Part shown: positions 39,518 to 49,100 of the stretch, one piece after another | Numbering within the stretch: the first letter of the stretch is position 1 | Layout: each line of letters starts with the position of its first letter | Assembly (NCBI GenBank): GCA_963820025.1 | Contig: CAWFYL010000003.1 | Location: 280,261 to 344,260, forward strand | Source: an uncultured Acidimicrobiia bacterium | Lineage (GTDB): Bacteria > Actinomycetota > Acidimicrobiia > IMCC26256 > JAENVU01 | Length of the DNA: 64,000 bases | Direction of reading: 5' to 3' | The notes under the pieces: model-generated | What the model saw: only the letters and a program-made list of their open reading frames with translations | Told to the model about the DNA's origin: nothing | Databases searched by the model: none | Translations under genes and position numbers: made by a program

Positions 39518-39716
39518 CGGTCGAGCACGTCGACGCGCCGGACGGCACTGCGGTGCGGGTCGCGCGCTGGCGCGCGATGCACGTCGACGTCGATGGTCAG
39601 CCGACCGTGCTCGAGGACCTCGTCGGTCTGCGGCTGGTGTCGGTGCTCGCCACCGGATCCTCGAGGTCGACCAGCCGGCGAGCGCCGTCGACGCGGCGCA
39701 CGCGGGTCCCGCGCGA
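39514..39716 (+). pseudogene. remnant of a TIGR00027-type SAM-dependent methyltransferase
   Basis: GTG 39514 (GTGA overlap) gives TAVRVARWRAMHVDVDGQPTVLEDLVGLRLV, the family N-terminus. Another frame, about 40 nt further on, reads RILEVDQPASAVD, which resembles the family EVD-P motif. The GxGxDTR SAM-binding block and the whole C-terminus are missing, and the locus runs into the ABC permease 3' end. Confidence 0.45.
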
Positions 39717-41375
39717 TCAAGCGGTCTGCACGTCGCGCCGCCGGAAGAGCGCGACTGCCGAGGCGCTCAACCCGACTGCGATCGCGACGGTGATCGCGAC
39801 CGTGCGGACCGAGACGTGCTGTGCGGGTGCGAGCGCCATGGCGTGGAACAGCGACGCGTCTCGGAGCCAGGTGAGGCCCGAGACCTGCGACGCCAGGATG
39901 TCGACGATGAGCGACCAGCCGATCACCGCGTAGACGGCCGGAGCGGCGGCGCGGGGCGCGATCGCGAGGGCGACGGCGCCGATGCCCAGCGCGACGAGCG
40001 CGGTCGGGACGACGTTGAGCCCCGCGCGGAACATCGTGCCGGCGCCGAGCTCGATCCCCTGGCTCCGTGCGCCGAGCCAGGTGCCGAGCCCGGCCAGCGC
40101 GCCGGCGACCACGATCGTCCCGGCTGTCAGCAGGAGGCGGCCGACGAGCCAGGACGTCCGCCGGAGCGGTTGCACCAGTACCAGCGCGAGACGGCCGGAG
40201 GACTCCTCGCCGGCCGCCGCGCCGACCTGACCGGCAGGGAGCAGGGCGACGATCGTGGCGACGAACAGGAACGCGGCGCCGAGGTACTGGTCCGTGAAGC
40301 TGCCGTGCACGCCGAATCCCTGCAACGCGTCGCTGAGGGACGCCGGCACCTTGTTCGCGGTGATCCGGGCGATGATGCCGAAGACCACACCGGAGGCGAG
40401 CGCGCCGGCGCACCACGCGCCGAGCACCGGCGCTTCGAGGCGCGCGGAGAGGCCGAGCACCGAACCGAGTCCTCGAGCGCGCGGCGGGGCGACGGATCGG
40501 GTGGCGAGCAGACCGTCGCCGGCGTCGCGCCGGGACGTGAGGAGCACCGCGGCGCCGCCGAGCACCATGACGGTCCCGGCTGCAGGGAGCAGGGGGACGA
40601 GGTCGTTCGCGCCGAACGGCCGGACCAGCTCGGTCCAGCCGAAGGGTGTGGTCCACCGCCACCACCGGGTGCTTGGCGAGGCGTCCCCGATCATGCGGAG
40701 GACGAACGCGACCGCGAACACGCTCATCGCCGTCCCGGTGGCGGCGCGGCGGGTCCGGAAGAGCTGCGAGGTCACCGCCCCGACCGCGGCGAACACGGCG
40801 ACGGGAATCCCGAGGCTCACGGCATAGAGGAGCGAGTCGGCGGCGCCGAACCCGACGTCGGGGTTGCGGCCGGCGAGCAGCGTGAGCACCGCGGTGCCGG
40901 CGACGATCACACCGACCGCGGCGGCCAACGCCGTGAGCGCGGCCGCGGTCGCTCGCGCTGCGGTCGTCCGTCCGGCCAGCACCAGCTGCCACCGCCCGGT
41001 CTCCTCCTCGCCGCGGAGGACGCGGGTCGCGGCGAGGATCGCCCAGATCGCACCGATGGTGGTGAGGAAGACGTAGCCCTTGTAGACGGTGTAGCCACCG
41101 ACGGTTCCGACCCCGGAGACCGGGCCGAGGAGGACCGAGAGACCGTTGTCGGTGCTGGTCGTCGCGACGAGCTGGTGCCGGCTCGCGGCCGACGCGAACG
41201 TCGTGACGTAGGAGAGTGCGGTTGACGCCGCGACCGCTCCGAAGGCCACGCCGCAGACCGCCGCGCTGATCCGGACCTGCCGGAACGAGCGCCGAGCGAT
41301 CGCGACGGACGACCGCGATCGCGTCACCGTCGCGGGCGTGACTGTCGGCGTCGGCGCCTCGGTCGTCGTGCTCAC
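39717..41375 (-). CDS. ABC-2-type transporter permease (12-TMS-like, fused)
   Basis: ORF 39717..41513 trimmed to GTG 41375 (GTGA overlap with the ATPase stop). Highly hydrophobic, Ala/Gly/Val/Leu-rich. Confidence 0.8.
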   Translation of the reverse strand: MSTTTEAPTPTVTPATVTRSRSSVAIARRSFRQVRISAAVCGVAFGAVAASTALSYVTTFASAASRHQLVATTSTDNGLSVLLGPVSGVGTVGGYTVYKGYVFLTTIGAIWAILAATRVLRGEEETGRWQLVLAGRTTAARATAAALTALAAAVGVIVAGTAVLTLLAGRNPDVGFGAADSLLYAVSLGIPVAVFAAVGAVTSQLFRTRRAATGTAMSVFAVAFVLRMIGDASPSTRWWRWTTPFGWTELVRPFGANDLVPLLPAAGTVMVLGGAAVLLTSRRDAGDGLLATRSVAPPRARGLGSVLGLSARLEAPVLGAWCAGALASGVVFGIIARITANKVPASLSDALQGFGVHGSFTDQYLGAAFLFVATIVALLPAGQVGAAAGEESSGRLALVLVQPLRRTSWLVGRLLLTAGTIVVAGALAGLGTWLGARSQGIELGAGTMFRAGLNVVPTALVALGIGAVALAIAPRAAAPAVYAVIGWSLIVDILASQVSGLTWLRDASLFHAMALAPAQHVSVRTVAITVAIAVGLSASAVALFRRRDVQTA

Positions 41376-42271
41376 CGCGCACTCGCATCCGTCGATGCGC
41401 CGTAGTACGCGACGAAGAGCTCTTCGAGCGAGGGCTCGCGCGTGCTGAGGTGCCGCACCCCGGCCGGCGTGAGCGCAGCCAGCAACGGCTCCATGGTCCC
41501 GGCGACGTCGCACTCGACCGTCTGTCCGGCCACGGCGACATTGCTCACGCCGTCGACCCCGCGGAGGTCCGGGGCGCGGCCGGTGACCTCGGCGCGCACG
41601 TGCGTGGCGGCCATCTCCCGCAAGGTCTCGAGCCGGCTCGTCTCGATGATGCGCCCGGCCCGGATCATCGCGACCCGGTCGCAGAGGGCCTCGACCTCAC
41701 TCATGATGTGCGACGAGAGCAGGACCGTCTGGCCCCGCTCGCGGGCCTCGCGCACGCACCCGCGGAACACCTGCTCCATGAGCGGGTCGAGGCCGGTGGT
41801 GGGCTCGTCGAGCAACAGGAGGTCGGCGCGGCTCGCGAATGCCGCGATCAGAAGGATCTTCTGCCGGTTCCCGTGGCTGTAGGCGCGGACCTTCTTGTCG
41901 GCCACGAGCTCGAAGCGCGCGACGAGCTCATCGCGGTAGCGCGGGTCGACCGATCCATGGATCGCGCCGAAGAAGCGCAAGGTCTCGGCCCCGGTCAACC
42001 CCGGCCAGAGGTTGGCTTCGCTCGGGACGTACGCCAGCCGTTGGTGCAGGGTCGACGCCTCGCGCCAGACGTCGAGGTCGAAGATCCACGCGCTCCCGCT
42101 CGTGGCCCGGAGGGCGCCGAGGAGGAGCCCGATCGTCGTCGACTTCCCGGCCCCGTTCGGACCGAGGTAGCCGAACACCTCACCCGACTGGATCTCGAGG
42201 TCGAGTGCGTCGAGCGCGACCGTGTGCCCGTAGCGCTTCGTCAGCTCCTCGGTTCGCACCGCGACGGCCAT
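41372..42271 (-). CDS. ABC transporter ATP-binding protein
   Basis: Trimmed to ATG 42271 (GAGGAGG SD). Walker A GPNGAGKST, signature SHGNRQK, Walker B LLLLDEPT. Confidence 0.92.
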   Translation of the reverse strand: MAVAVRTEELTKRYGHTVALDALDLEIQSGEVFGYLGPNGAGKSTTIGLLLGALRATSGSAWIFDLDVWREASTLHQRLAYVPSEANLWPGLTGAETLRFFGAIHGSVDPRYRDELVARFELVADKKVRAYSHGNRQKILLIAAFASRADLLLLDEPTTGLDPLMEQVFRGCVREARERGQTVLLSSHIMSEVEALCDRVAMIRAGRIIETSRLETLREMAATHVRAEVTGRAPDLRGVDGVSNVAVAGQTVECDVAGTMEPLLAALTPAGVRHLSTREPSLEELFVAYYGASTDASAR

Positions 42272-42354
42272 GGCTGGACCTCCTCGTCGACACCGTGCCA
42301 TCAGATCATGCACGGCCGCGCTTCCGGTCGAAGGTACCTGGGTAACGTCGGTGG

Positions 42355-43311
42355 ATGGCCCGCACGCCGGACGAGGTGCGCGACGGCGTCGAGCTCACGA
42401 ACCTCGACCAGTCGCTCTTCGACGGCGCCGACGCGACGAAGCGGGATCTCGTCGACTACCTCGACGGGGTCCGGGACCGGATCCTGCCCGAGCTCGAGGA
42501 CCGCCCCCTGTCGGTCATCCGGGTGCACCGCGGGCAGGACGCGTTCATGCAGAAGAATCTGCCCAAGTACGCGCCGGACTGGATCCGCACCGCGAGCTTC
42601 TGGGCCGAGGCGTCGAAGCGCGACGTCACCTATGCGTTGTGCAACGACCGGCGCACCCTGCTGTGGTTCGCGAACCAGCGCGCGATCGAGTACCACCCTG
42701 CCCTCGTCACGGCTGCCCGGCCGGACCGCATGACCCATCTCGTGCTCGACCTCGACCCGCCCGAGGGTGATCCCTTCGACTCGGTCGTCCAGGTCGCGCA
42801 CCTGGTGCACGAGGTGCTCGACGGCCTCGGTCTTGTCGGCGCGGTCAAGACAACTGGCGCGAAGGGCGTCCACGTGTTCGTGCCGGTCGGCGACCCTCCT
42901 CCGATGGACGACATGGCAGCCGCGACCCGGGCGATCGCGGCGCGCGTCGAGCAGCTCGATCCGTCGATCGCGACGACCGCGTTCCTCAAGGAGGATCGGG
43001 GCGGCAAGGTCTTCGTCGACCCGACGCGCGTCGGGGGCGCGACGGTGATCGCGGCCTACAGCCCGCGCCTCCGACCCGGCGTCCCGGTCTCGTTCCCGGT
43101 CACCTGGGAGGGGCTCGACGCGATCACGCCGTCCGCCGTCACGATCCACAACGCGCTCGATCGGATGGACACCGCCGGGCCGTGGCGCGACGTGCTCGGG
43201 ACCGCGCAGGCACTGCCCGGTGAGCTCGTGGAGCAGGGCCACACGATCGCGGTGCCGCGCGTGCAGGCGATGCACGAGGGCAAGCGCCGGAAGCGGGCTC
43301 GCGGGTCCTGA
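42355..43311 (+). CDS. LigD polymerase/primase domain protein (NHEJ PolDom), standalone
   Basis: 318 aa. LVLDLDP, KTTGAKGVHVFVP and VFVDPTRVGGATVIAAYSPR motifs of archaeo-eukaryotic primase-type LigD PolDom. No ligase or nuclease domain. Confidence 0.85.
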   Translation: MARTPDEVRDGVELTNLDQSLFDGADATKRDLVDYLDGVRDRILPELEDRPLSVIRVHRGQDAFMQKNLPKYAPDWIRTASFWAEASKRDVTYALCNDRRTLLWFANQRAIEYHPALVTAARPDRMTHLVLDLDPPEGDPFDSVVQVAHLVHEVLDGLGLVGAVKTTGAKGVHVFVPVGDPPPMDDMAAATRAIAARVEQLDPSIATTAFLKEDRGGKVFVDPTRVGGATVIAAYSPRLRPGVPVSFPVTWEGLDAITPSAVTIHNALDRMDTAGPWRDVLGTAQALPGELVEQGHTIAVPRVQAMHEGKRRKRARGS

Positions 43312-43401
43312 GCGGTTCGACTCGACGGCACGGGTCGGGACCGGAGTCCGGGCGGCGGGCCCGTCGATAGGCTCGGACGACCGTCGACAAGGAGATGCGC
43401 C

Positions 43402-44681
43402 GTGGCCTGGGACTTCTCGACCGAACCCGAGTTCCAGAAGAAGCTCGACTGGGTGGAGGAGTTCTGCCGCGAGGAGGTGGAGCCGCTCGACTACGTGTTC
43501 CCCTACGCGGTCCGGGCCCGGGACCCCAAGATCAAGGCGCTGGTCAAGGGCCTCCAGGACCAGATCAAGGACCAGGGCCTGTGGGCGCTCTTCCTCGACG
43601 AGGATCTCGGCGGCCCCGGCTACGGCCAGCTGAAGCTCGGGCTCATCAACGAGATCCTCGGCCGCTACGGCTCCGCGCCGGCGATGTTCGGCACCGCCGC
43701 GCCCGACACCGGGAACATGGAGATGCTCGCCGCGTACGGCACCGAGGAGCAGAAGGAACGCTGGCTCACGCCGCTCATGAACCAGGAGATCTTCTCCGCG
43801 TACTCGATGACGGAGCCGCAGGGTGGCTCCGATCCGAACCTGTTCGAGACCCACGCCGTGCGCGACGGCGACGAGTGGGTCATCAACGGCGAGAAGTGGT
43901 TCACCAGCGCGGGCGCGCGGCCGACATCCTCTTCGTCATGTGCACGAACGGGATGTTCGTGGTGCCGCGCGACACCCCTGGCGTGGACATCCAGCCCGAG
44001 CCCCGCTCCCACAACCACATCATCTACAGGGACGTGCGCGTGCCGGCCGACCACCTGCTCGGCCCCGAGGACGGTGCCAAGGTGCTCGCGCAGCGTCGCC
44101 TCGGCGGCGGACGCATCCACCACGCCATGCGCACCATCGCGCAGTGCCGGCTCGCCTTCGACATGATGTGCGAGCGCGCGCTCAGCCGTGAGTCGCACGG
44201 GAAGATCATCGCCGATCACCAGATGGTGCAGGAGAAGATCGCGGACTCCTACGCCCAGATCCGCATGCTGCGCCTGTTCGTCCTCGAGACCGCGTGGAAG
44301 ATCGACAACACGAGCACGCAGGAGACCCGGACTGACATCGCAGCTGTGAAGTACACCATGGCGAAGGTGCTGCGCGAGGTGTCGTACAACGCGCTGCACA
44401 TCCTCGGCTCGCTCGGGACGACCAACCTCACTCCGATCCAGGCGATGTACGCGTCGGCACCCACGATGGGCATCGCGGACGGGGTCGACGAGGTGCACAA
44501 GGCGACCGTCGCCCGCAACGTCCTGAAGGGCTACCGGCCTCACGAGGGCTACTGGCCGACCGAGTACATCCCGGCCAAGCGCGAGGCGGCCTGGGAGAAG
44601 TTCCAGCCCCGGTTCGAGGCCGACCCCGAGCTGCGCGCCCTGGCCGAGGGCTACAAGAAGTACATCGCCAGCCGGCAGTGA
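43402..44681 (+). pseudogene. acyl-CoA dehydrogenase, interrupted by a -1 frameshift near 43912-43920
   Basis: GTG 43402 (AAGGAG SD). N-terminal part in ORF 43402..44166 (SMTEPQGGSDP, INGEKWFTSAG). C-terminal part in ORF 43395..44681 (ADILFVMCTNG... to the end). They join in the GGGCGCGCGG run. Confidence 0.8.
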
Positions 44682-44709
44682 CCGCGGCCATCGACGGGGC
44701 CGCGTCCGG

Positions 44710-46361
44710 TCAGGGCCGGCCCATCGCGCCGGCCCGGCCGAACTCGCGGAACCGGGCTTCGAGCGCGGTGAGGTCGGCGGCGGTGAACCGCCGGTAGGCC
44801 GGGTCGGGTCCCGGCCTCCAATAGACGGGATCGTCGGTGTACCAGCGCTCGGCGCGCAGTGGGCGCTTGTCGATCTTGTTCGTGGCGCCGACGGGGAGGG
44901 TCGTCACGCGCACGTAGCGCGGCGCCCACTTCGTCCCGAGGTCGGGCTGCTCGGCGAGGAAGCGCCCGAACGCGTCGGGGTCGAACGCAGCGCCGGCGTC
45001 GAGCTCGAGGGCCAGCATGATCTGGTCGTCCGCGGTGCGCTCGTCCGGCACCGGGTAGACGGCGACGCCCTTCGCCCCGGGGAAGCGCCCGACGATCCGC
45101 TCGACCGGTGCGGTGGCGAAGTTCTCGGAATCGACGCGCAGCCACTCGCCGGCACGCCCCGCGAAGTAGAAGACGCCGGCCTCGTCCACGTACCCGAGGT
45201 CTCCCGACCAGTACCAGCCGTTGCGGGTCCGCTCGGCCTCGGCCTCCGGGTTGCGGTAGTAGCCCTCGAAGCGGTCGACGACGTTACGGCCGACGATCTC
45301 GCCGATGGCCTCGGCGCCGTTCACGAGCCGTCCCGACGGGTCGAACCGCGCGGGGACGCTCCTCCCCGGTCTCGGGATCCACGACCGCGGCGTCCACGCC
45401 CGCCTGCGGGTACCCCGAGCGCGTCCTTCGGCAGCCCGGGGCGCGGCTCCATGATGATGACGTTCTCGCTCGAGCCGTACCCGGCGACGCAGAGGATCCC
45501 GTACCGGTCCTTGAACGCGCGCATGTCGCGCGGCGACGACTCCGGCGCCAGCGCGAACTTCACCCGGTGCTCGCGGTCCTCGGGCGACTCGGGGGTGGCC
45601 AGGATGTACGCGAGGGCCCGGCCGACCGTGCTGAAGAAGGTGGCTCCGTACCGGCGGATGTCGGGCATGAACTGCGAAGCCGAGAACCGCTCGCGCAGCG
45701 CGATGGTGGCGCCCGACGCCGCCGCGGGGAACACGACCGCGTTGAGCGCGTTGCCGTGGAACAGCGGCATCGCGCAGTAGAGGACGTCATCGGCCGTGAT
45801 CCAGGTCGCGGCGTTCGCGATGCGCGCCGCCCGACCGTGTGAGAGCTGGACTGCCTTGGGCGCGCCGGTGGACCCGGAGGTGAAGATCAGGAGCAGGACG
45901 TCCGCGGGACCGATCGTCGGTGGTTCGAACGGCATCGCGGCGGCGAGCCGCTGCTGCCAGTGCGGGCTCTCGATCTCGATCACCGCGGTGCCGCCGAGGT
46001 CGAGACCGGCGAGGAGCGGCGCGTGGCCCGCGTCGGCGAGGACAGCGACGCAGTCGGTGTGGCGCACGTCGCGGGCGAGCTCCTCGCCTCGGCGGGTCTC
46101 GTTGATGCCCACGAGCACGGCACCGGCGCGTGCCGCGCCGAACAGGAGGAACAGGTACTGGGGGATGTTGCCCAACAGTGCGCCGACGTGGAACGGACCC
46201 TCGGCCGGGCGCAGCTCGGCGAGCGCCGCGGCCCAGCGCCCGCTCTCGGCCACCACCTCGCGCCAGCTCCACTCGCGGTCGTCGACGACGAGGCCCGTCG
46301 TGTCGTCCTCCGCGCGGCGGTCCAGGAGCGCGACGAGGGTGTCAGGCGCGTCAGTGGTCAC
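44710..46361 (-). pseudogene. acyl-CoA synthetase (AMP-binding, FadD-like), interrupted by two +1 frameshifts (about 45413-16 and 45352-55)
   Basis: N-terminal part in ORF 45321..46433 (TSGSTGAPKAV, GYGSSEN). The middle QAGVDAAVVDPETGEERPR is readable only in the third frame. C-terminal part in ORF 44710..45324 (WYWSGDLGY, GATNKIDK). Paralog of 13393..15154. The start (GTG 46361) is uncertain. Confidence 0.8.
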
Positions 46362-46383
46362 GACCGATACCTTTGCACCTCTT

Positions 46384-46399
46384 CGGGAGGCCCCTCCCG
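46384..46399. promoter_or_regulatory. CGGGAGG-CC-CCTCCCG palindrome in the acyl-CoA synthetase / LLM divergent region
   Basis: 7-bp perfect arms with a 2-bp spacer, too tight for an RNA hairpin and so more likely a protein-binding site. Confidence 0.4.
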
Positions 46400-46416
46400 A
46401 TCCGGAGGAGACGTTC

Positions 46417-47325
46417 GTGAAGCACTGGGTCACCTACCCGCTCATCGCGCATCCCTACGACCCGGCGTTCGTCTCGCACGACGCGCTCGTCCGGTTCGCA
46501 CGCACCGCGGAGGCCGCCGGCTTCGCCGGGATCGGGTTCACCGACCACCCCGTGCCGTCGCACAAGTGGCTCCAGGCCGGTGGTCACGACGCGCTGGACC
46601 CGTTCGCCGCACTCGCGTTCGTCGCGGCGGTGACGGAGCGGTTGCTGCTCATCCCGAACATCCTGGTGCTGCCGTACCGGAATCCGTTCCTGGTCGCCAA
46701 GTCGGTCGCCACGATCGACGCGCTCTCGGGCGGCCGGTTCGTGCTCGCCACGGCGGTCGGCTACCAGCGCGCCGAGTACCGGGCGCTGGGCGTCGACTTC
46801 GACGAGCGCAACGACCTGTTCGACGAGTCGCTGGAGGTGCTGCGCGGCATCTGGGGTGAAGACGACTTCGCCTATGAGGGTCGTCACTTCATCGCGAAGG
46901 GTCAGACGGCGAACCCCAAGCCGGCCCGCGTGCCGATCTGGATCGGTGGCAACAGCCAGCTGGCCCGGCGCCGGGTTGCGGAGGCCGGCGACGGTTGGAA
47001 CCCGTTCCCGGCTCCCGCGACCCTGGCCCGCACCGCGAAGACGCCGATCCTCGAGACCACCGAGGACCTCGCCCGGATGCTCGACGACCTGTGGCGGCGG
47101 GTCGACGACGCCGGGCGCGACCCGGCGACGATCGACGTCGCGTTCGGCACCGGGGCCGGGGGCACCCTGGGCCGCGCCCGATTCGACGCGGACGCCCACC
47201 GCAAGGGACTCGAAGAGCTCGCGGCCCTGGGCGTGACGTGGAACGGCGTCGGCGCCCCGGGTGACTCGCTCGACCATGCGCTCGAAGCGCTCGAGCAGTA
47301 CGGCGAGCAGGTCATCAAGGCCTGA
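46417..47325 (+). CDS. LLM-class (probably F420-dependent) oxidoreductase
   Basis: ORF 45796..47325 trimmed to GTG 46417 (GGAGGAG SD 46404-10). FAGIGFTDHP and LATAVGYQRAEYRALGVDF motifs. Confidence 0.8.
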   Translation: MKHWVTYPLIAHPYDPAFVSHDALVRFARTAEAAGFAGIGFTDHPVPSHKWLQAGGHDALDPFAALAFVAAVTERLLLIPNILVLPYRNPFLVAKSVATIDALSGGRFVLATAVGYQRAEYRALGVDFDERNDLFDESLEVLRGIWGEDDFAYEGRHFIAKGQTANPKPARVPIWIGGNSQLARRRVAEAGDGWNPFPAPATLARTAKTPILETTEDLARMLDDLWRRVDDAGRDPATIDVAFGTGAGGTLGRARFDADAHRKGLEELAALGVTWNGVGAPGDSLDHALEALEQYGEQVIKA

Positions 47326-47477
47326 CCGGCAGCCGAGAGCCTGGTGGACGGGCTCGTCTCGGTGATCACGATGCCGTCATCTCCGGACACGCGATGGAGC
47401 GCGGCGCGCCAGTAGAGCAAGCGATGCGATCTGCGCTAGGAAGGACGCCTCGACCCGGAGAGCCGCGGAGGACAACG

Positions 47478-48404
47478 ATGCCCAACCCCCAGCACGCGAT
47501 CCTGACCAACCTCACCAAGTACCAGTGGTACACGCACCTCAGTCGCAGCGACGGGGCGGACCTCGGCGTGATCAAGAAGGCGTTGGGCGACGTCCGCAAG
47601 GCGGGGACCGAGGTCGGCGTCACCACCCCGATCAACGTCTGCCTCCTCTTCGGCCCCACGCTGCTGGCCGAACTCACCGACGACGTGCCCGAGGACTTCC
47701 AGCCGTACCCGGGCTACGAGTCGGCCGACGGCAAGAAGGTCGCCAAGGCCACCCAGGAGGAGCTGCTCCTCTGGGTCCACTCGGACGACAAGGACCTGTG
47801 CTGGGAGACGCAGTTCAACTTCCGGAACGCGGTTGCCGGACACATGGCGGTCGCCCGCGAGACACCGACGTTCATCTACCGCAACAGCCTCGACCTGACC
47901 GGGTTCATCGACGGCACCGGCAACCCCGAGCCCGAGGACCAGTACGACCGGGGAATCGTGCCGGACGGCAAGCCCGGCGCGGGTGGCTCGTTCTGCATCG
48001 CGCAGCGCTGGGTCCACGACCTCGCGTACTTCAACGGCCTCTCGCTCGAGGGCCAGGAGAACACCTTCGGCCGCACCAAGGCCGACTCGACGAAGCTCGC
48101 GACCCAGGTGCCGACCTCGCACCTCGCGCACGTCGAGCTGCGGGAGGGGACGACGGGCGACGACAGCACGCCCAAGCGCGGCGAGATGGTCCGGCGCTCG
48201 ACGCCGTACGCGTTCCATGACGGCACCGTCGGGCTCTACTTCATGGGCTTCTGCCGGGAGCAGGCGCCCATGCGGGAGCGCATGGAGGCGATCTACGGGA
48301 TGAACGGCCAGCCGACCGACGCCCTCACCGACTACTCGACGCCGGCGTCCGGGTCCTTCTACTTCGCGCCGTCGAACGAGACGCTCGAGGCGATCATCGG
48401 CTGA
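47478..48404 (+). CDS. Dyp-type (dye-decolorizing) heme peroxidase
   Basis: Trimmed to ATG 47478 (GGAGGA SD). GFIDGTGNP (GxxDG) motif, distal/proximal context SHLAHV, RRSTPY. Confidence 0.9.
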   Translation: MPNPQHAILTNLTKYQWYTHLSRSDGADLGVIKKALGDVRKAGTEVGVTTPINVCLLFGPTLLAELTDDVPEDFQPYPGYESADGKKVAKATQEELLLWVHSDDKDLCWETQFNFRNAVAGHMAVARETPTFIYRNSLDLTGFIDGTGNPEPEDQYDRGIVPDGKPGAGGSFCIAQRWVHDLAYFNGLSLEGQENTFGRTKADSTKLATQVPTSHLAHVELREGTTGDDSTPKRGEMVRRSTPYAFHDGTVGLYFMGFCREQAPMRERMEAIYGMNGQPTDALTDYSTPASGSFYFAPSNETLEAIIG

Positions 48405-48423
48405 CCCGGGGGCGTCCCGCCGG

Positions 48424-48449
48424 TTGACGTTCCGGACGGAGAACGTCAA
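48424..48449. promoter_or_regulatory. TTGACGTTC-N8-GAACGTCAA perfect inverted repeat (probable TetR autoregulatory operator)
   Basis: 9-bp perfect arms, 10 nt upstream of the TetR start at 48459. Confidence 0.6.
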
Positions 48450-48458
48450 TATGTCGGC

Positions 48459-49100
48459 ATGGCGGGGCCGCGGAGCCGGACGGGCGCGACGGGGAGCCGG
48501 GACCGGATCCTCGACGCCGCGGCGCGGACCTTCGCCACCTACGGCTACCGCAAGGCCACGTTCGAGGAGATCGCGGCCGGTGCCGGCGTCTCGCGGACGC
48601 TGCTCTACCGCCACTTCGACAACAAGCTCGACCTGCTCCGGGCGGTCCGGGACCGGGCGCTCGGGCAGTGGGCCGATGTGGTGGAGCGTGCAGCCGAGCA
48701 ACGGTCGACCGCACGCGGCGCGCTGGAGGCGATCGTCGGCGAGTCCCTCCGGTTCGCGAGCGCACACCCGATCTTCCGCGCGTTCCTCTCGGGCGACTCC
48801 CGGCTCGCACTCGAGGGTGAGCAGCCGACCGGGCGCTTCTCGCGGGAGGCGTGGCTCGAGCAGACCGCCGAGATCCTGCAGTGGGGCGTCACCGCGGGCG
48901 AGTTCGTCCCCGACCTGGACCCAGGTGCTGCCGCCGCGGTGCTGTGCGCGATGCAGCTCGGCCTGATCGAGCACATGCACGACGACGGCGGCGCCGCGGT
49001 CGTCATCGGTCCCGAGCACATCGCGACGGCATCGCGCGTCCTCGTCGGTGGTGTCGTCTGCCCGTTGGACGCGCTCGCGGCGCCGGCAGCGATCGCATGA
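48459..49100 (+). CDS. TetR-family transcriptional regulator
   Basis: 213 aa. ILDAAARTFATYGYRKATFEEIAAGAGVSRTLLYRHFDNKLDL. A perfect 9-bp inverted repeat lies 10 nt upstream. Confidence 0.9.
   Translation: MAGPRSRTGATGSRDRILDAAARTFATYGYRKATFEEIAAGAGVSRTLLYRHFDNKLDLLRAVRDRALGQWADVVERAAEQRSTARGALEAIVGESLRFASAHPIFRAFLSGDSRLALEGEQPTGRFSREAWLEQTAEILQWGVTAGEFVPDLDPGAAAAVLCAMQLGLIEHMHDDGGAAVVIGPEHIATASRVLVGGVVCPLDALAAPAAIA

Noticed and set aside
47478-48404. Dyp-type peroxidase as possible encapsulin cargo.
   Set aside because: No encapsulin shell gene is adjacent. The C-terminus (…FYFAPSNETLEAIIG) lacks the Gly/Ser-Leu-x-Ile-Gly-Ser-Leu-type targeting peptide.
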